From positions 838,837 through 902,836 of the forward strand of contig JAKVOO010000001.1 of NCBI GenBank assembly GCA_022482735.1: a DNA stretch of 64,000 nucleotides. The letters run 5' to 3'. The DNA comes from Bacilli bacterium. GTDB lineage: Bacteria; Bacillota_I; Bacilli_A; RFN20; CAG-826. A model generated the notes under the pieces. It had not been told where the DNA came from. It saw only the letters and a program-made list of their open reading frames with translations, and did not search any database. Position 1 is the first letter of the stretch; each line of letters begins with the position of its first letter. The translations under genes and the position numbers were made by a program. Below, in pieces: positions 32,803-43,867 of this stretch.

Positions 32803-34290
32803 TTACTTAGATTCTTTTAGAACAAGAACGTTGATTGACTGGCCTTTTAAGGTAATTTTTTTCTCATCATTAATCGGTTCATCTATGGGTAATATTTGAT
32901 TGGGATAATCAAATGTGTTTTTAGCATGCAGTTGGCCACTTATTGAAATGTGTTTTCTAACAATTCCTAAATTACCATTTAAAATAACGTTAAGTTCACT
33001 ATCTTCAGGTGACTTATTTAAAATAAAAACACGATACTCATTTTCGTTCTTAACAACTGCACAATGAAGACTCTTAATGATTCCATAATGTGTATTGATT
33101 GTTTCAGAATCTACTATCGGCTTGATAGCAACTCCTTCAGAAAAAATTCTTGCAAGTTGAAATGGATAGTATATTGTTTGCTTAACCATTCTACCATTGT
33201 TTTCAGTCATAATTGGAGCAATAACGTTTACTAGTTGAGCTAAACAGCTTATTTTCACTTTGTCGCAATTATTAATAATAGAAATAATCAGTCCGAAAAA
33301 AGTTAGCGCATCTTCAAAGTCAAAGGTATTTTCTACTCTGCGGGGTCCTACTGTCCATTCATCTTCGTAATTGTTGTTGTAGACTTTCTCTTCCTTAATC
33401 GGTTTTTGATGCCATATATTCCATTCATCTAAAGAAAGAAAAACGTCATGTTTGCTTCTTTTCAATGCTTTGACGTATTTAATAACTGAAAAAGCTTCGT
33501 CAATATATTTTTCTAAATCAATATGTGATGACAAGTAATCAGCTGTTGAAAAATCTTTTTCTAATGAATAATAACGATGAATTGATAAAAAATTAACATC
33601 ATCATAAAGATGTTCAAGAATAACTCGGTCCCAAACTGGGTATGTCGGCTGCCAAGGTCCGGATGATCCTGAAGCGATAAGCGAAATTTTGGGATCAATC
33701 CATCTCATGACTTTAGCTGCTTCGTGTGCCTTACGACCATATTCATCCGCCGTAAGGGAATTGATTTGCCAAGATCCGTCCATTTCATTTCCTAAACACC
33801 AATATTTAATATTAAATGGGGATAAGTCACCATTTTTAATTCTTAAATTACTATACTCACTGCCACTGTTTATATTGCAATATTCCACCAACTCGCCGGC
33901 CTCTTTGGGTGTTCCAGTACCCATATTTACTGCCATCATTACATCAAAATTGGCTAGTTTGGAGTAATGCATAAATTCGTGAAGCCCAATTTCATTGGGC
34001 TCTATTTGTCTCCATGCCAAATCCAATTTTGGCTTACGTTTAGTGCCAATTCCGTCCTTCCAATTATATCCGGAGACAAAATTTCCGCCTGGATAACGTA
34101 CTAGTGGGAGGTTAAGTTCTTTTATACTAGCTAATACATCTGTGCGAAATCCCTCTTTAGTGATTTCTGAATGAGTTGGTTCATAAATGCCATGATAAAC
34201 ACTACGCCCCATATGCTCAATAAATGAAGAAAAAAGCAGTGGGGATATTTCAGAAATAATGTAGTCTTGATCTATTTTAATAGTGGCCAT
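32803..34290 (-). CDS. abfA: GH51 alpha-L-arabinofuranosidase
   Basis: FIEHMGR, RYPGGNF, WCLGNE, DEWNIW, AQLVNVIAPI. Confidence 0.92.
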   Translation of the reverse strand: MATIKIDQDYIISEISPLLFSSFIEHMGRSVYHGIYEPTHSEITKEGFRTDVLASIKELNLPLVRYPGGNFVSGYNWKDGIGTKRKPKLDLAWRQIEPNEIGLHEFMHYSKLANFDVMMAVNMGTGTPKEAGELVEYCNINSGSEYSNLRIKNGDLSPFNIKYWCLGNEMDGSWQINSLTADEYGRKAHEAAKVMRWIDPKISLIASGSSGPWQPTYPVWDRVILEHLYDDVNFLSIHRYYSLEKDFSTADYLSSHIDLEKYIDEAFSVIKYVKALKRSKHDVFLSLDEWNIWHQKPIKEEKVYNNNYEDEWTVGPRRVENTFDFEDALTFFGLIISIINNCDKVKISCLAQLVNVIAPIMTENNGRMVKQTIYYPFQLARIFSEGVAIKPIVDSETINTHYGIIKSLHCAVVKNENEYRVFILNKSPEDSELNVILNGNLGIVRKHISISGQLHAKNTFDYPNQILPIDEPINDEKKITLKGQSINVLVLKESK

Positions 34291-34316
34291 AAATGTTTTC
34301 CTTATAAATGTTCGAT

Positions 34317-34354
34317 AAAACTTCCAGCAAAAAAGTTATTGCTGGAAGTTTTTT
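34317..34354. terminator. Stem-loop, probable terminator or attenuator within the operon
   Basis: AAAACTTCCAGCAA...TTGCTGGAAGTTTT. Confidence 0.65.
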
Positions 34355-34360
34355 TAATGT

Positions 34361-36094
34361 TTAGGCAATGTAGAATAGTGGTCTTGACATGTTGAAACTA
34401 CCAGCATAAGTTCCATCGGGTATGGTTGTAGTAGAACAAATATAAAGTTCAATTTTAGCAATATCTTGGGTAACTTTTTGAGTAAAAACGTAAGTGTTTG
34501 ATTCTTCAACCTCAAAACTTCTAGAATAGATTTCGGTTTCTGATGCGTTTTTAAGTTTAATAAAAATATAGATGGTACTCGCCCCAGTATTTTTAAACCG
34601 CATAGCCATCAAATTGGCAGAATCCAAGCTATGATAGACTGTGGTTTTAATATTTTGCCAACTTCCTTTCGTTGCATTAGTATAACTCACCCCTACTGAT
34701 TGATTGGCTAAACTAGTAAGTGTATAGGTGGTATTCCCTGACCAAGTGGGTGCGTTTGTTAGGTTAATGAACCGCGGGTTGGTGACTATAAATGATCCAC
34801 TGGATGCTTCAGTAGGAATAGAACTGCTATATGAAGCAATATATAGTTCAATTTTGGTAACTGCACTAGTAACTAACTTTCGGAAGCTATAAGTTTCATT
34901 GGGATTAAAACTAATTGTCGACCAAGAAAATTGCTCATTACCGGATTGATCAGCTTTCAGTCTACTAAGAACTACTTGGACGTAAACGGGTGTAATGCCG
35001 GTATTTACAAAATCAAGTGCTACCGCATTGGATGTATTAATATCTTGAGTTGTTGCAAGATAAAGATTTTTCCATGATGAAGCGCCAATACTAGAGTAAG
35101 AAACGCTCATACGCCCAAAGTCAACTGCTGAATGAACATAATCGCTAGAACCGCTCCACGGTTTAGCTAAATCGACAAATTTCGGACTTGAAACAATAAA
35201 ACTTCCACTAGTGGCTTCATCCGGAACAGCCGAGCCATATGAGGCGATATAAAGTTCAATTTCTGTTACTTCTACGCTTAAAGCTTTTCGATAGTTATAG
35301 CTCTGTTCTGGTGCAAAATGAATTTCTTCCCATGAGAACTGATTGTTTGAGCCGTCTTTAAGAACAATTTGGACATATGCCGCATTGTTGCCTGTATTCG
35401 TAAAATCAAGCGCCAATCCACTTTCACTTGATATATCGTGAGAAACTGAAGTAAATAATCGACTATACGAGGTTTTTACAACTCCCGAATAGGTTACTTG
35501 CGTATTTCCATAGTCTAAATTGCTTGTTTCATAAATTGATGTTCCCTGCCAAGAATAATATACTGGCGCGCTGGGTTCACTGCATTCATGAATAATGGCG
35601 ACATTATTTAATTCTGAATCTTCTAATGCTTCAATTTCAAAATAACGGCTGTCACTTTCAAAATTAGTTATACCATCTACAACGACGGGAGTTACTTTTA
35701 AATTATCGTAATCATACCCCTCTTTAAGAAGCAGACTTCCAGAAGCGGCAATGGATATTGACTTAATGCCACCAATTGGTGAATCAATAGCATTGCGTAA
35801 CGTCCCGGAAGTTTTTAATTCGATATGCCCTAATGATGATTCAATGGCATTATCATATTCCATAATTACTGGATTACTCAAATAGGTTAATACCTCATAT
35901 GAATTGGAAGATGGGGTATTAGTTAGGCCTAAGGCTTGATTATTATGATCAAGTGTAATTCGATAATCCGTATAGCCAGAGTCAGCTTTTAAAAGAATAT
36001 TTGATGTATTATTCACTAGTGGCCACACAATAACCGAAACAGCTAAAGCAACACTTATAAAAAGATAGCGATAAAGTGACTTAATTTTTTTCAT
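34361..36094 (-). CDS. Membrane-anchored or secreted protein with three tandem ~130-aa beta-rich repeats
   Basis: N-terminal hydrophobic helix. Repeats start with W.G at 35551, 35158 and 34744 and end IELYIxS...GSF...P.F. Confidence 0.75.
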   Translation of the reverse strand: MKKIKSLYRYLFISVALAVSVIVWPLVNNTSNILLKADSGYTDYRITLDHNNQALGLTNTPSSNSYEVLTYLSNPVIMEYDNAIESSLGHIELKTSGTLRNAIDSPIGGIKSISIAASGSLLLKEGYDYDNLKVTPVVVDGITNFESDSRYFEIEALEDSELNNVAIIHECSEPSAPVYYSWQGTSIYETSNLDYGNTQVTYSGVVKTSYSRLFTSVSHDISSESGLALDFTNTGNNAAYVQIVLKDGSNNQFSWEEIHFAPEQSYNYRKALSVEVTEIELYIASYGSAVPDEATSGSFIVSSPKFVDLAKPWSGSSDYVHSAVDFGRMSVSYSSIGASSWKNLYLATTQDINTSNAVALDFVNTGITPVYVQVVLSRLKADQSGNEQFSWSTISFNPNETYSFRKLVTSAVTKIELYIASYSSSIPTEASSGSFIVTNPRFINLTNAPTWSGNTTYTLTSLANQSVGVSYTNATKGSWQNIKTTVYHSLDSANLMAMRFKNTGASTIYIFIKLKNASETEIYSRSFEVEESNTYVFTQKVTQDIAKIELYICSTTTIPDGTYAGSFNMSRPLFYIA

Positions 36095-36163
36095 AATTTA
36101 ATCCTTTCTTTTTGATATTTAAATTAATTTATTAAAATATAGAACATAAAAACAATAATCTTC

Positions 36164-38425
36164 TTATTCGGTTAAGTTTGAAAAAACGGGTTCAGTTAGT
36201 TCAAGTGATCCTGATGTCATTTCACCTCCTTCACCATTATAATTTTCAGCATTTGTCCAGATCATGATAGTTGAAACTTGACGTAATGTTGTAAATACTA
36301 TTTCTTTGGATTCGGAAACTCCCAGGAAAAAAGACGCATAAGTAATCTCCCCTTCTGCATCATATGCCTTAATGTAATAAAAGTTATCTTGACTACTTTT
36401 ATTTGTCAGGGAAAAAGAAATTGTGTTAAAAAGAGAAAAATCATAGTTGATGTCAGCGGATATATTTTGATTCCAGTCGCCGTTAGCAATTGAAGAATAA
36501 TTAAATGTCGTGAAATCTTGGGAAACAATTTGTGAATAACTACTGGTCGCTTTCCATGAACTTACCACATTGGCAAAAAGAGGATTACTCATAATAAAAC
36601 TTCCCGCATATGTTCCAGATGGAATTGACGATGTTGAACATATATAAAGTTCTATTTTCGTAATTTGGCGATCAACAATTTTAAAGTAATCATATGATTC
36701 GCCTTCCGACATTGAAAACTGGTTCCAAGCAAACTGACCACCACTTGCCGTCAACACAACTTGAATATAAACTGTTGAATCACTATTGTTAGCAAAAGAC
36801 ATCTCAACCGAATTTGTCTCTGGATACTGATGAATAACGTTAGCATATATATTGGACCAACTTGCAGACGTTATTTCACTATAATCGACCTTGACGGTTC
36901 CGTTTTGAAGATCGATTACTTGATATTTACTACTCCCATTCCAAGTTGGAGCAGGGGTCTCATTGGAGAAAATTGGGTTAGTTATTCTAAATGATCCAGC
37001 CGTCAAATCATTCGCTTCCCCAACATAAGAATGCGCATTAACAAAAACAACCATTTTAGCAATTGCTTCGTTTAAAACAAGTTTAATTACTTTCGAGGCG
37101 TTGGCATCAAGAGAGAAACCACTGGCTGCAACCTCACCTCCAGATTGATTTTGAGCTTTTACATAAAAGGAAGTACTTATATCGCCTAAATTTTCAATTG
37201 TAACTGAAACGACAATATAGTCTGGATAATTATTTCCGACAATTGCACTGATGTTTTGATCCCAGTTTCCATTGGACAAATCGGAAAAAGTAAATATTGA
37301 TTCTCCTGTTAATTTCTCATTGATAAATTTTCCTGTTCCGCTCCACATTGAGAGTGTGCCTGGATCTACATGCTTTAATTCATAACTTGAAATTTTAAAG
37401 GTCCCAGAATAAGTTCCGGCGGGAATACTATTAGTTGAAGAAACAAAAATAACAATTCTTCTAATAGCTTCACTCAAAGGAATAGATACTGCTTTTGTTT
37501 CATAAGCGTTAAGAATGATATTATCCCAAGTTAAACTGCTGCTATCATCACTGTTGCTACTTGCTACTGTTTTTATACTCAAATAGACTATCGTTGCGCC
37601 TGTATTTTCAAACATGAAAGCAACTGTATTTTGTGTTGGAAAATCCATACTTTCAATTGAAGTTGAAACATATTGCCATGAGCCTTTCGCCACCCCGGTA
37701 AAAGAAACGTTTGTTTCGTTTCCTAAAGAGGTAACCATCATTGCGCCACTACCAGACCATGGTGACGCAGATACAAGTTGCGAATCATCTGGCTTTGTGC
37801 TTGAAAACCAAGTTTCATGTATTGTTATAACTCCGCTATTAAGCGCGCCTTTTAGTCCTGGCTCTGCGATAAATTCAATTGAATCAACCGCATCAAGCAT
37901 CCATGCTCGCTCAGGATTGATATCATAGGAATAAGTATTAATTCCATTTTCAAGAGAAATAATCCGATCTGGACCAATAATAAGGTTAGAGGCAGTTTCA
38001 TCCATTATTCTAAGCAAAACTGTTTTGCCAACTTCGCCCGATAAAGTAATGTTTAAATACCGAAAACTTGTCGACATATTTTGTATTTCTGCAACAAGCG
38101 GGCAATATCCATCTAGTGAACCCGATTTCACATAACGAACCGCTGTAGAACCATCATTTTCTACAGTGACTTCCGTATATACAGTTTCGGATTCCGCCTG
38201 CCATTTAGCAAAATAAAAATCGCCAGTTCCTTCGTATATATTGGTAATTGGATTGCCAATTAGCGATGAGGTATCTGAACCGATTGAAGTCACTATCTCC
38301 GATGATGTTACTGTGTTTGAATTATCAGTAGATAATAATGATGAACTATTCGAAACATTACTACAGGCGACCAACAGTACCGAGAAAAGACCTAATATTG
38401 AGCTTGCAATCCGACTTTTCTTCAT
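36164..38425 (-). CDS. Lipoprotein with four (plus one divergent) ~130-aa beta-rich repeats
   Basis: Lipobox LVAC. Repeats start at 37759, 37345, 36943 and 36556. Same family as 34361..36094. Confidence 0.75.
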   Translation of the reverse strand: MKKSRIASSILGLFSVLLVACSNVSNSSSLLSTDNSNTVTSSEIVTSIGSDTSSLIGNPITNIYEGTGDFYFAKWQAESETVYTEVTVENDGSTAVRYVKSGSLDGYCPLVAEIQNMSTSFRYLNITLSGEVGKTVLLRIMDETASNLIIGPDRIISLENGINTYSYDINPERAWMLDAVDSIEFIAEPGLKGALNSGVITIHETWFSSTKPDDSQLVSASPWSGSGAMMVTSLGNETNVSFTGVAKGSWQYVSTSIESMDFPTQNTVAFMFENTGATIVYLSIKTVASSNSDDSSSLTWDNIILNAYETKAVSIPLSEAIRRIVIFVSSTNSIPAGTYSGTFKISSYELKHVDPGTLSMWSGTGKFINEKLTGESIFTFSDLSNGNWDQNISAIVGNNYPDYIVVSVTIENLGDISTSFYVKAQNQSGGEVAASGFSLDANASKVIKLVLNEAIAKMVVFVNAHSYVGEANDLTAGSFRITNPIFSNETPAPTWNGSSKYQVIDLQNGTVKVDYSEITSASWSNIYANVIHQYPETNSVEMSFANNSDSTVYIQVVLTASGGQFAWNQFSMSEGESYDYFKIVDRQITKIELYICSTSSIPSGTYAGSFIMSNPLFANVVSSWKATSSYSQIVSQDFTTFNYSSIANGDWNQNISADINYDFSLFNTISFSLTNKSSQDNFYYIKAYDAEGEITYASFFLGVSESKEIVFTTLRQVSTIMIWTNAENYNGEGGEMTSGSLELTEPVFSNLTE

Positions 38426-38511
38426 ATGTAATACTTTCCTCCTTGTTTATTAAAAGTTTCTGACTGAAAACCAGAAATAGAAATTTGTTTTAAACCTTTG
38501 CAACATCGCAT

Positions 38512-39672
38512 TTATTCACCATACTTATCTAAATCTATAAAAGACCAAAATGCTTGCTTCGGCTCATGAAATTCATCAAATAATAAAGGCCAATTTTTTC
38601 TTCCGGAAACAGGATTGTTGTCAAGCCACGTAATGTCATCGGCAACCCCCCACATCGTTACCCCAGTTACTTTTCCATATGCGTCATTTTCTGGATGGGA
38701 GTATTTGCGAGCAATACCCATTATTTGACCATACATTGAAGCCTGTATTTTTGATAGTGATTCCGGAATTTCATCATAGGTAATTGGATATGTTGAGTAA
38801 GGATATATGGAAACATCCAATTCCGTTATTTGAACGTCTAATCCCCGCTCGACAATTGAACGGATGGTATTCTCAAATTCATCAATATTAAATGATCCTA
38901 AATAGTAATGAGCTTGAAGCCCAACTCCTTCAATTGGTGTTCCGTCTAAAGCAAATTGGTCAAGCATTTTTAATAAGGCCTCGCGCTTATTAGGGTAGTT
39001 GAGACCATAATCGTTGTAGAATAACTTAAAATTATAATTATTTTCTTGACGAACCCGATAGGCTTCTTTAAATGCCGATTCTATATAGTCAATTCCACAA
39101 ATAGCAAATAAATCTCCACCCGTTGCATCATTAGTCTCATCTCCTGTCCGATAAAAATCGCCACTTTCAACTTGCGCCAATGAAGGATAGTCACGCAAGG
39201 CTTCGTTTACAACATCCCAAACATAAACATCATCTTTAAAATGGTTTATTACGCCTTCAACATGATTTTCAATCCGAGAAATAAGCTTTTCTTTAGATGG
39301 ATTATCCGATAAAACATAACGCGGCAAAGATTTATACCAAACCAAAGTATGACCACGTACCCCTTTGCCATTTTCTTTTGCATACTCAACCATCGGATCT
39401 GAAGAAGAAAAATCAAACTGTCCCTCTAACGGCTCAGTAATCGACCACTTTGCCTCATATTCTTGCGTAATGCTATTAAAATTCGGTAGCAAATCCTCAT
39501 AAAGAGAAATTTTATTTTCCGTCAAAGCCGCGCCAATAGGAAAGTAATTAGCATAGACATCTTTTAACAAAGGTACAGTTACTTCAGAACTAGATGATCC
39601 GTTGTTTGGGGTTGAACATGCCGTTAAAAGACAAAGTCCAAACATCATAAGAAAATTAAGATTTTTTTTCAT
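38512..39672 (-). CDS. GH10 endo-1,4-beta-xylanase lipoprotein
   Basis: Lipobox LTAC, RGHTLVW, WDVVNE, LFYNDY, GLQAH, ITELD. Confidence 0.93.
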   Translation of the reverse strand: MKKNLNFLMMFGLCLLTACSTPNNGSSSSEVTVPLLKDVYANYFPIGAALTENKISLYEDLLPNFNSITQEYEAKWSITEPLEGQFDFSSSDPMVEYAKENGKGVRGHTLVWYKSLPRYVLSDNPSKEKLISRIENHVEGVINHFKDDVYVWDVVNEALRDYPSLAQVESGDFYRTGDETNDATGGDLFAICGIDYIESAFKEAYRVRQENNYNFKLFYNDYGLNYPNKREALLKMLDQFALDGTPIEGVGLQAHYYLGSFNIDEFENTIRSIVERGLDVQITELDVSIYPYSTYPITYDEIPESLSKIQASMYGQIMGIARKYSHPENDAYGKVTGVTMWGVADDITWLDNNPVSGRKNWPLLFDEFHEPKQAFWSFIDLDKYGE

Positions 39673-39675
39673 TTA

Positions 39676-40527
39676 TTACTCCTTTGATCCACCAACTGAG
39701 ACGCCGCCCACAATGTATCGTGATAAAAGAAGATAGACGACAATAAGTGGAATTACCGTTAGAAATAAACCATTATATATTGCTCCAATATCGGTCGCAT
39801 ACATGTTTGTTTTCAACATATTTACTACAAGAGGCATAGTATAAAGTTTTTCATCGCTGATTAAAATTGTTGGCATTAAGTAATTATTCCATGTGGCAAT
39901 AAATGTTCCTATCGCAATAGTAGCCAACGCTGGGATAGAAGTTGGAATGATTATGCGATTAAATATATTCCACTCACTTGACCCATCTATTCTTGCCGCT
40001 TCAATCATTTCAATATTTAAATTGGCTTTAAAATATTGAAAAAGAAAGAATACGTGCCCGGCACTGGCAATTGATGGAAGAATTAATGGTAAATAGCTAT
40101 CAATCCATCCCAATTGAAGCATAAACTGATAAAAACCAATGATTCCCAACTGTCCAGGAATCATAATAATGAATAAAACAAACGAATACATAAGTTTGTT
40201 GCCTTTAAAGTTATACACCTTGAATCCATAGGCGGTAAGAGCGGAAAAATATACCGAAAGAAAAGTACTTGATACGGATACGATAAGACTATTTAGCATC
40301 GCTCTCCAAATATTTAAGCCATGGCTGACAAGAGAATTAAAGTTTTTAAAGAAATAGTTCGACGGCAAAAACGAAACGAAGTTTTGCAATTCTAGGGTTG
40401 ATCTTGTCGCATTGACAAACAGCATATAGAATGGGAAAAGAGTCAATAGCAAATAAAATATTAATATGCCATATAATAGTGCCCGAATAAATTTGTCAAA
40501 AACTTCGCGAGTTAATGTTTTATGCAT
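39676..40527 (-). CDS. Carbohydrate ABC permease (MalG-like)
   Basis: EMIEAARIDGSSE, TWNNYLMP. Confidence 0.92.
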   Translation of the reverse strand: MHKTLTREVFDKFIRALLYGILIFYLLLTLFPFYMLFVNATRSTLELQNFVSFLPSNYFFKNFNSLVSHGLNIWRAMLNSLIVSVSSTFLSVYFSALTAYGFKVYNFKGNKLMYSFVLFIIMIPGQLGIIGFYQFMLQLGWIDSYLPLILPSIASAGHVFFLFQYFKANLNIEMIEAARIDGSSEWNIFNRIIIPTSIPALATIAIGTFIATWNNYLMPTILISDEKLYTMPLVVNMLKTNMYATDIGAIYNGLFLTVIPLIVVYLLLSRYIVGGVSVGGSKE

Positions 40528-41445
40528 TTTTGTTTCCTCGCTCCTTGGTTATTCTAAAAACCAAAACACTTAAGATAACGGCAACTATTGTTAATATGAC
40601 TGAGCCAGGCTGAAGCTCCGCCAAAATTGTTATCACCGGTAAAACCTAGCTTATAAATAAATATAGCAATTGTTGTTGTTGCTTTTTGTGGTCCACCATT
40701 TGCGAAGCAAAAATGGGATATCGAAAACCTGAAGCCCTCCCACCATGCTAGTAACAAAGGTATATATTAAAACTGGCTTTATTATTGGAATCGTTATATG
40801 AAAGAAACTAGTAAATGGACCCGCTCCATCAATTAAAGCCGCTTCATAAATTGAGTCATTTACTCCAAGCATAGCTGCCATTATGACAATCATTTGAGGG
40901 CCTGTCCAAATTAGAAACTGAATGAAACATACAATTAGTCGCGTCCCCCATTCATCAAGTAAAAATTGGTAATCATCCGCAATCCATCCAAATTGATGGG
41001 CAATCATTGTTATCGTTCCTGAAGGGTGCGCGAACATTGAAGCAAACAAAGAGGCAATAGAAGCTGCCGTAATAATGTGAGGCATATAATATACGGTCTT
41101 AAAAATTGATTTTCCCTTTATCTTTAAACGCTTATTGGAGAAAATCCAAGCAAATGATAGCGCTAGGGTAAATTGAGGAACAAAATTTATAATCCAGATT
41201 ACAACGGTGTTTCCTAGCGAATACCAAAAATCACTATTTGTTGCCAGCCACTGATAGTTAGAAATGCCAACCATGTTGAATGTTGAGTTAAGCCCTCTTA
41301 AATCAGTAAAACTCAAAAATATTGTATAAAGAATTGGGTAGAGTCCAAATATCAAGTAAGCTATAAAAAAGGGCGCAACAAAGTAATAGCCATAACGGCT
41401 GTAATTAATTCTTTTTTTACTACTTCTACCAGTTGTCATTTTCAT
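40520..41445 (-). CDS. Carbohydrate ABC permease (MalF-like, frameshifts near 40705 and 40608)
   Basis: IYEAALIDGAG, GGLQVFDIP. The restored C-terminus NGGPQKATTT..GASAGSVILTIVAVIL ends at the TAA at 40520. Confidence 0.88.
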
Positions 41446-42743
41446 TAGTTTATCTCGATATTGGGGTAAGTATTTCTTACGGTATTTTTAAATTGTGCCC
41501 AAGTCTTATCCAGTGTTTCGTAGCCACTATGACGAGTGGCATATGCAACAGCGCATTCTGAGAAAATTGCGCCGATTGATCCATCATATATGGAAACATT
41601 TTTCCCTGTAATTGACTCGGTTATTTCTTCAAATAATGGATAAGGATTTTGTCCCTGAAGAAAAGAGTTAGAAAAATCATTTTCAACTGCTTCTACAGTT
41701 AGTTTGTTCCCCGAGAAATCAGATTTATCCAATGCCCAGGCCTGAAGATAATCTTGATCGAAAGCCCGATAGTTCAAAAAGTCTTTTACAGCATTGGAAA
41801 CGGTCGTTCCTTTAATCCCAGCAAACCATGTCCCTCCATCAAAATATGGAGCTGGTCCTTGAATAAATCCCCAATCGTTTTCTGAAGTTTGATCACCTAA
41901 AGTTGCATTGGCCTCAAGATGATAATGAAGACCCCATGCCGCTAAAAAATAGCCAAATACATCGTTGCCTGATATGTCGCTAAACCATCCGCCACCTGGA
42001 TAGTATTCAACAGTTTCATTACTATACTTTTCGTCTTGCATCGTCCTCGTTAAATCTAAATAAGTGTTCCATTGTGGGTCTATTACTAGTTTTCCATCTT
42101 CCACCCAGCGTTGTTCACGTGTTCGATTAAACACTTTTTGGGCGGCATTAACATTAGAAACAATTTTCTTATCATTAGCTTTTAATTCAGCCGCTACATT
42201 TAAGAAATCATTCCAATTCGACAATTTTGTTTGAACGAAATCAGGAGAATCATCGCCCCATAATTGATCTGCAAAACTCCGTCGATAAAAGAATCCTCCC
42301 GGTGAAGCTTGATTGGATATAGCATATAGATTGCCATCATCTGCCGTGCCAACTTCATTTGTATATTCAAATAATTCTTGGTTGGCTCTTTCGGATAACC
42401 CTAGTTCGGTCAAATTAAGCAGTCTTCCACTTTCGACATATTTTCGAACGAAACTAATTTCCAGGGCAACCACATCAGGTAGGTTTTTACCAGTTCTAAG
42501 TGCCCCATCCAATTGCGTTTGATATGCATCTAATGGTTTAGTTACAATTGTTATCTTCTTTTCGGGGAAAGCCACTGAATAGTACTTTTCAATTGATTCT
42601 TTGGTTTCACTACTATATGTCCAAACAACCATAGCGCGGTTTTCATCTTCTCCCGATGAAAGATTTACATTTGTTCCGCCACATGATGCAAGAAGAAAAA
42701 GAAAGGCAAAATCAGTAAAAATCAAATTCTTAATTTTTTTCAT
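41445..42743 (-). CDS. Sugar ABC substrate-binding lipoprotein
   Basis: Lipobox LASC, QASPGGFFYRR, GPAPYFDGGTW. Confidence 0.9.
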   Translation of the reverse strand: MKKIKNLIFTDFAFLFLLASCGGTNVNLSSGEDENRAMVVWTYSSETKESIEKYYSVAFPEKKITIVTKPLDAYQTQLDGALRTGKNLPDVVALEISFVRKYVESGRLLNLTELGLSERANQELFEYTNEVGTADDGNLYAISNQASPGGFFYRRSFADQLWGDDSPDFVQTKLSNWNDFLNVAAELKANDKKIVSNVNAAQKVFNRTREQRWVEDGKLVIDPQWNTYLDLTRTMQDEKYSNETVEYYPGGGWFSDISGNDVFGYFLAAWGLHYHLEANATLGDQTSENDWGFIQGPAPYFDGGTWFAGIKGTTVSNAVKDFLNYRAFDQDYLQAWALDKSDFSGNKLTVEAVENDFSNSFLQGQNPYPLFEEITESITGKNVSIYDGSIGAIFSECAVAYATRHSGYETLDKTWAQFKNTVRNTYPNIEIN

Positions 42744-42774
42744 ATAAATGTTCCTTTGAGTAATTTTTCAACTA

Positions 42775-42788
42775 TGTAACCGCTTCTT
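42775..42788. promoter_or_regulatory. cre-like / LacI-family operator
   Basis: TGTAACCGCTTCTT, 32 bp from the SBP start codon. Confidence 0.4.
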
Positions 42789-42919
42789 CAATAAAATGTT
42801 ACGCTGACCACTTAAAGCAAGTCAAGTAATATTTATTAAATGATGAATTTTTTATTAACATTCATATTTTGTTGAATTTTAACTTGATTGTTTCTATCCT
42901 TTGTGTAAAATAATGGTAT

Positions 42920-43853
42920 ATGGCAAAATCAGTAACTTACACGCTGGAAAATGAAGAACAAATCGAGAAGATAGCTAGTGCTTTATCTTCCCCTTTAAGA
43001 CGACAAATAATTCGCCTTTCAACCGAATCGGGTTATTCTATTAAGGAACTAGCCGCGATTCTTAATCTTCCTTTATCTACTATTTCTACCCAAGTTAAAA
43101 AACTTAGTGAGGCCGGTTTAGTAACCGTTGCTAAGAATCCGGGAATTAAAGGTAACAATAAGGTGGTCTATCAGTTAATATCCAATGTGAACTTTAACTT
43201 GAGTATCTTTCAGAAGACAAAAGCAACGACGCGGTTAGTTGAGGTTCCCATCGGTTCATATTCGGCATTTGAAGTTGAGCCAACCTGTGGCTTGGTTAAC
43301 TCGCAGGGACTTATTCTTGGCTATGATAACCCCCATGCATTCTATTCTCCTGATCGGTTTTCTGCTGAGTTAGTATATTTTTCACGAGGATTTATTGAAT
43401 ATACCATTCCTCTTGATGATGACAGTCGGGGGCGAGTAACAGCCATATCCTGCAGTTTGGAATTATGTTCCGAGGCGCCTATGTCCAATTCCGATTGGAA
43501 AAGCGATATAACTTTTTGGCTTAATCAAAAAGAAGTGGGAACCTATCATTCTCTAGGCGACTATGGTGATCGGATGGGAAAGAATACGCCTGTTTCGTGG
43601 CCTTCCAACGCGTCACAATACGGAATGCTCGGTGAAGATAACCATCAATGAGCATGGTTCCTATATCAACGGTTCACTGGTTTCTAATCTAACCATTGAT
43701 AATCTTCCCTTAACCGACAGCCTTCTTCATTTTCGGATTGGATTTAAAGACGATGCCAAATATGTCGGGGGCGTTAATATCTTCGGTAAAAATTTCGGTG
43801 ATCATTCGCAAAATATTATCTTCCAAGTCACCTATGATGGATGTAAAGAATAA
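42920..43853 (+). CDS. ArsR-type regulator (COG4189-like, frameshift near 43631), paralog of 25395..26326
   Basis: ALSSPLRRQII HTH, ELCSEAP, WKSDITFWLN, GDYGDR, QYGML, GGVNIFG. Confidence 0.87.
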
Positions 43854-43867
43854 CCTAGAGGTAATTT

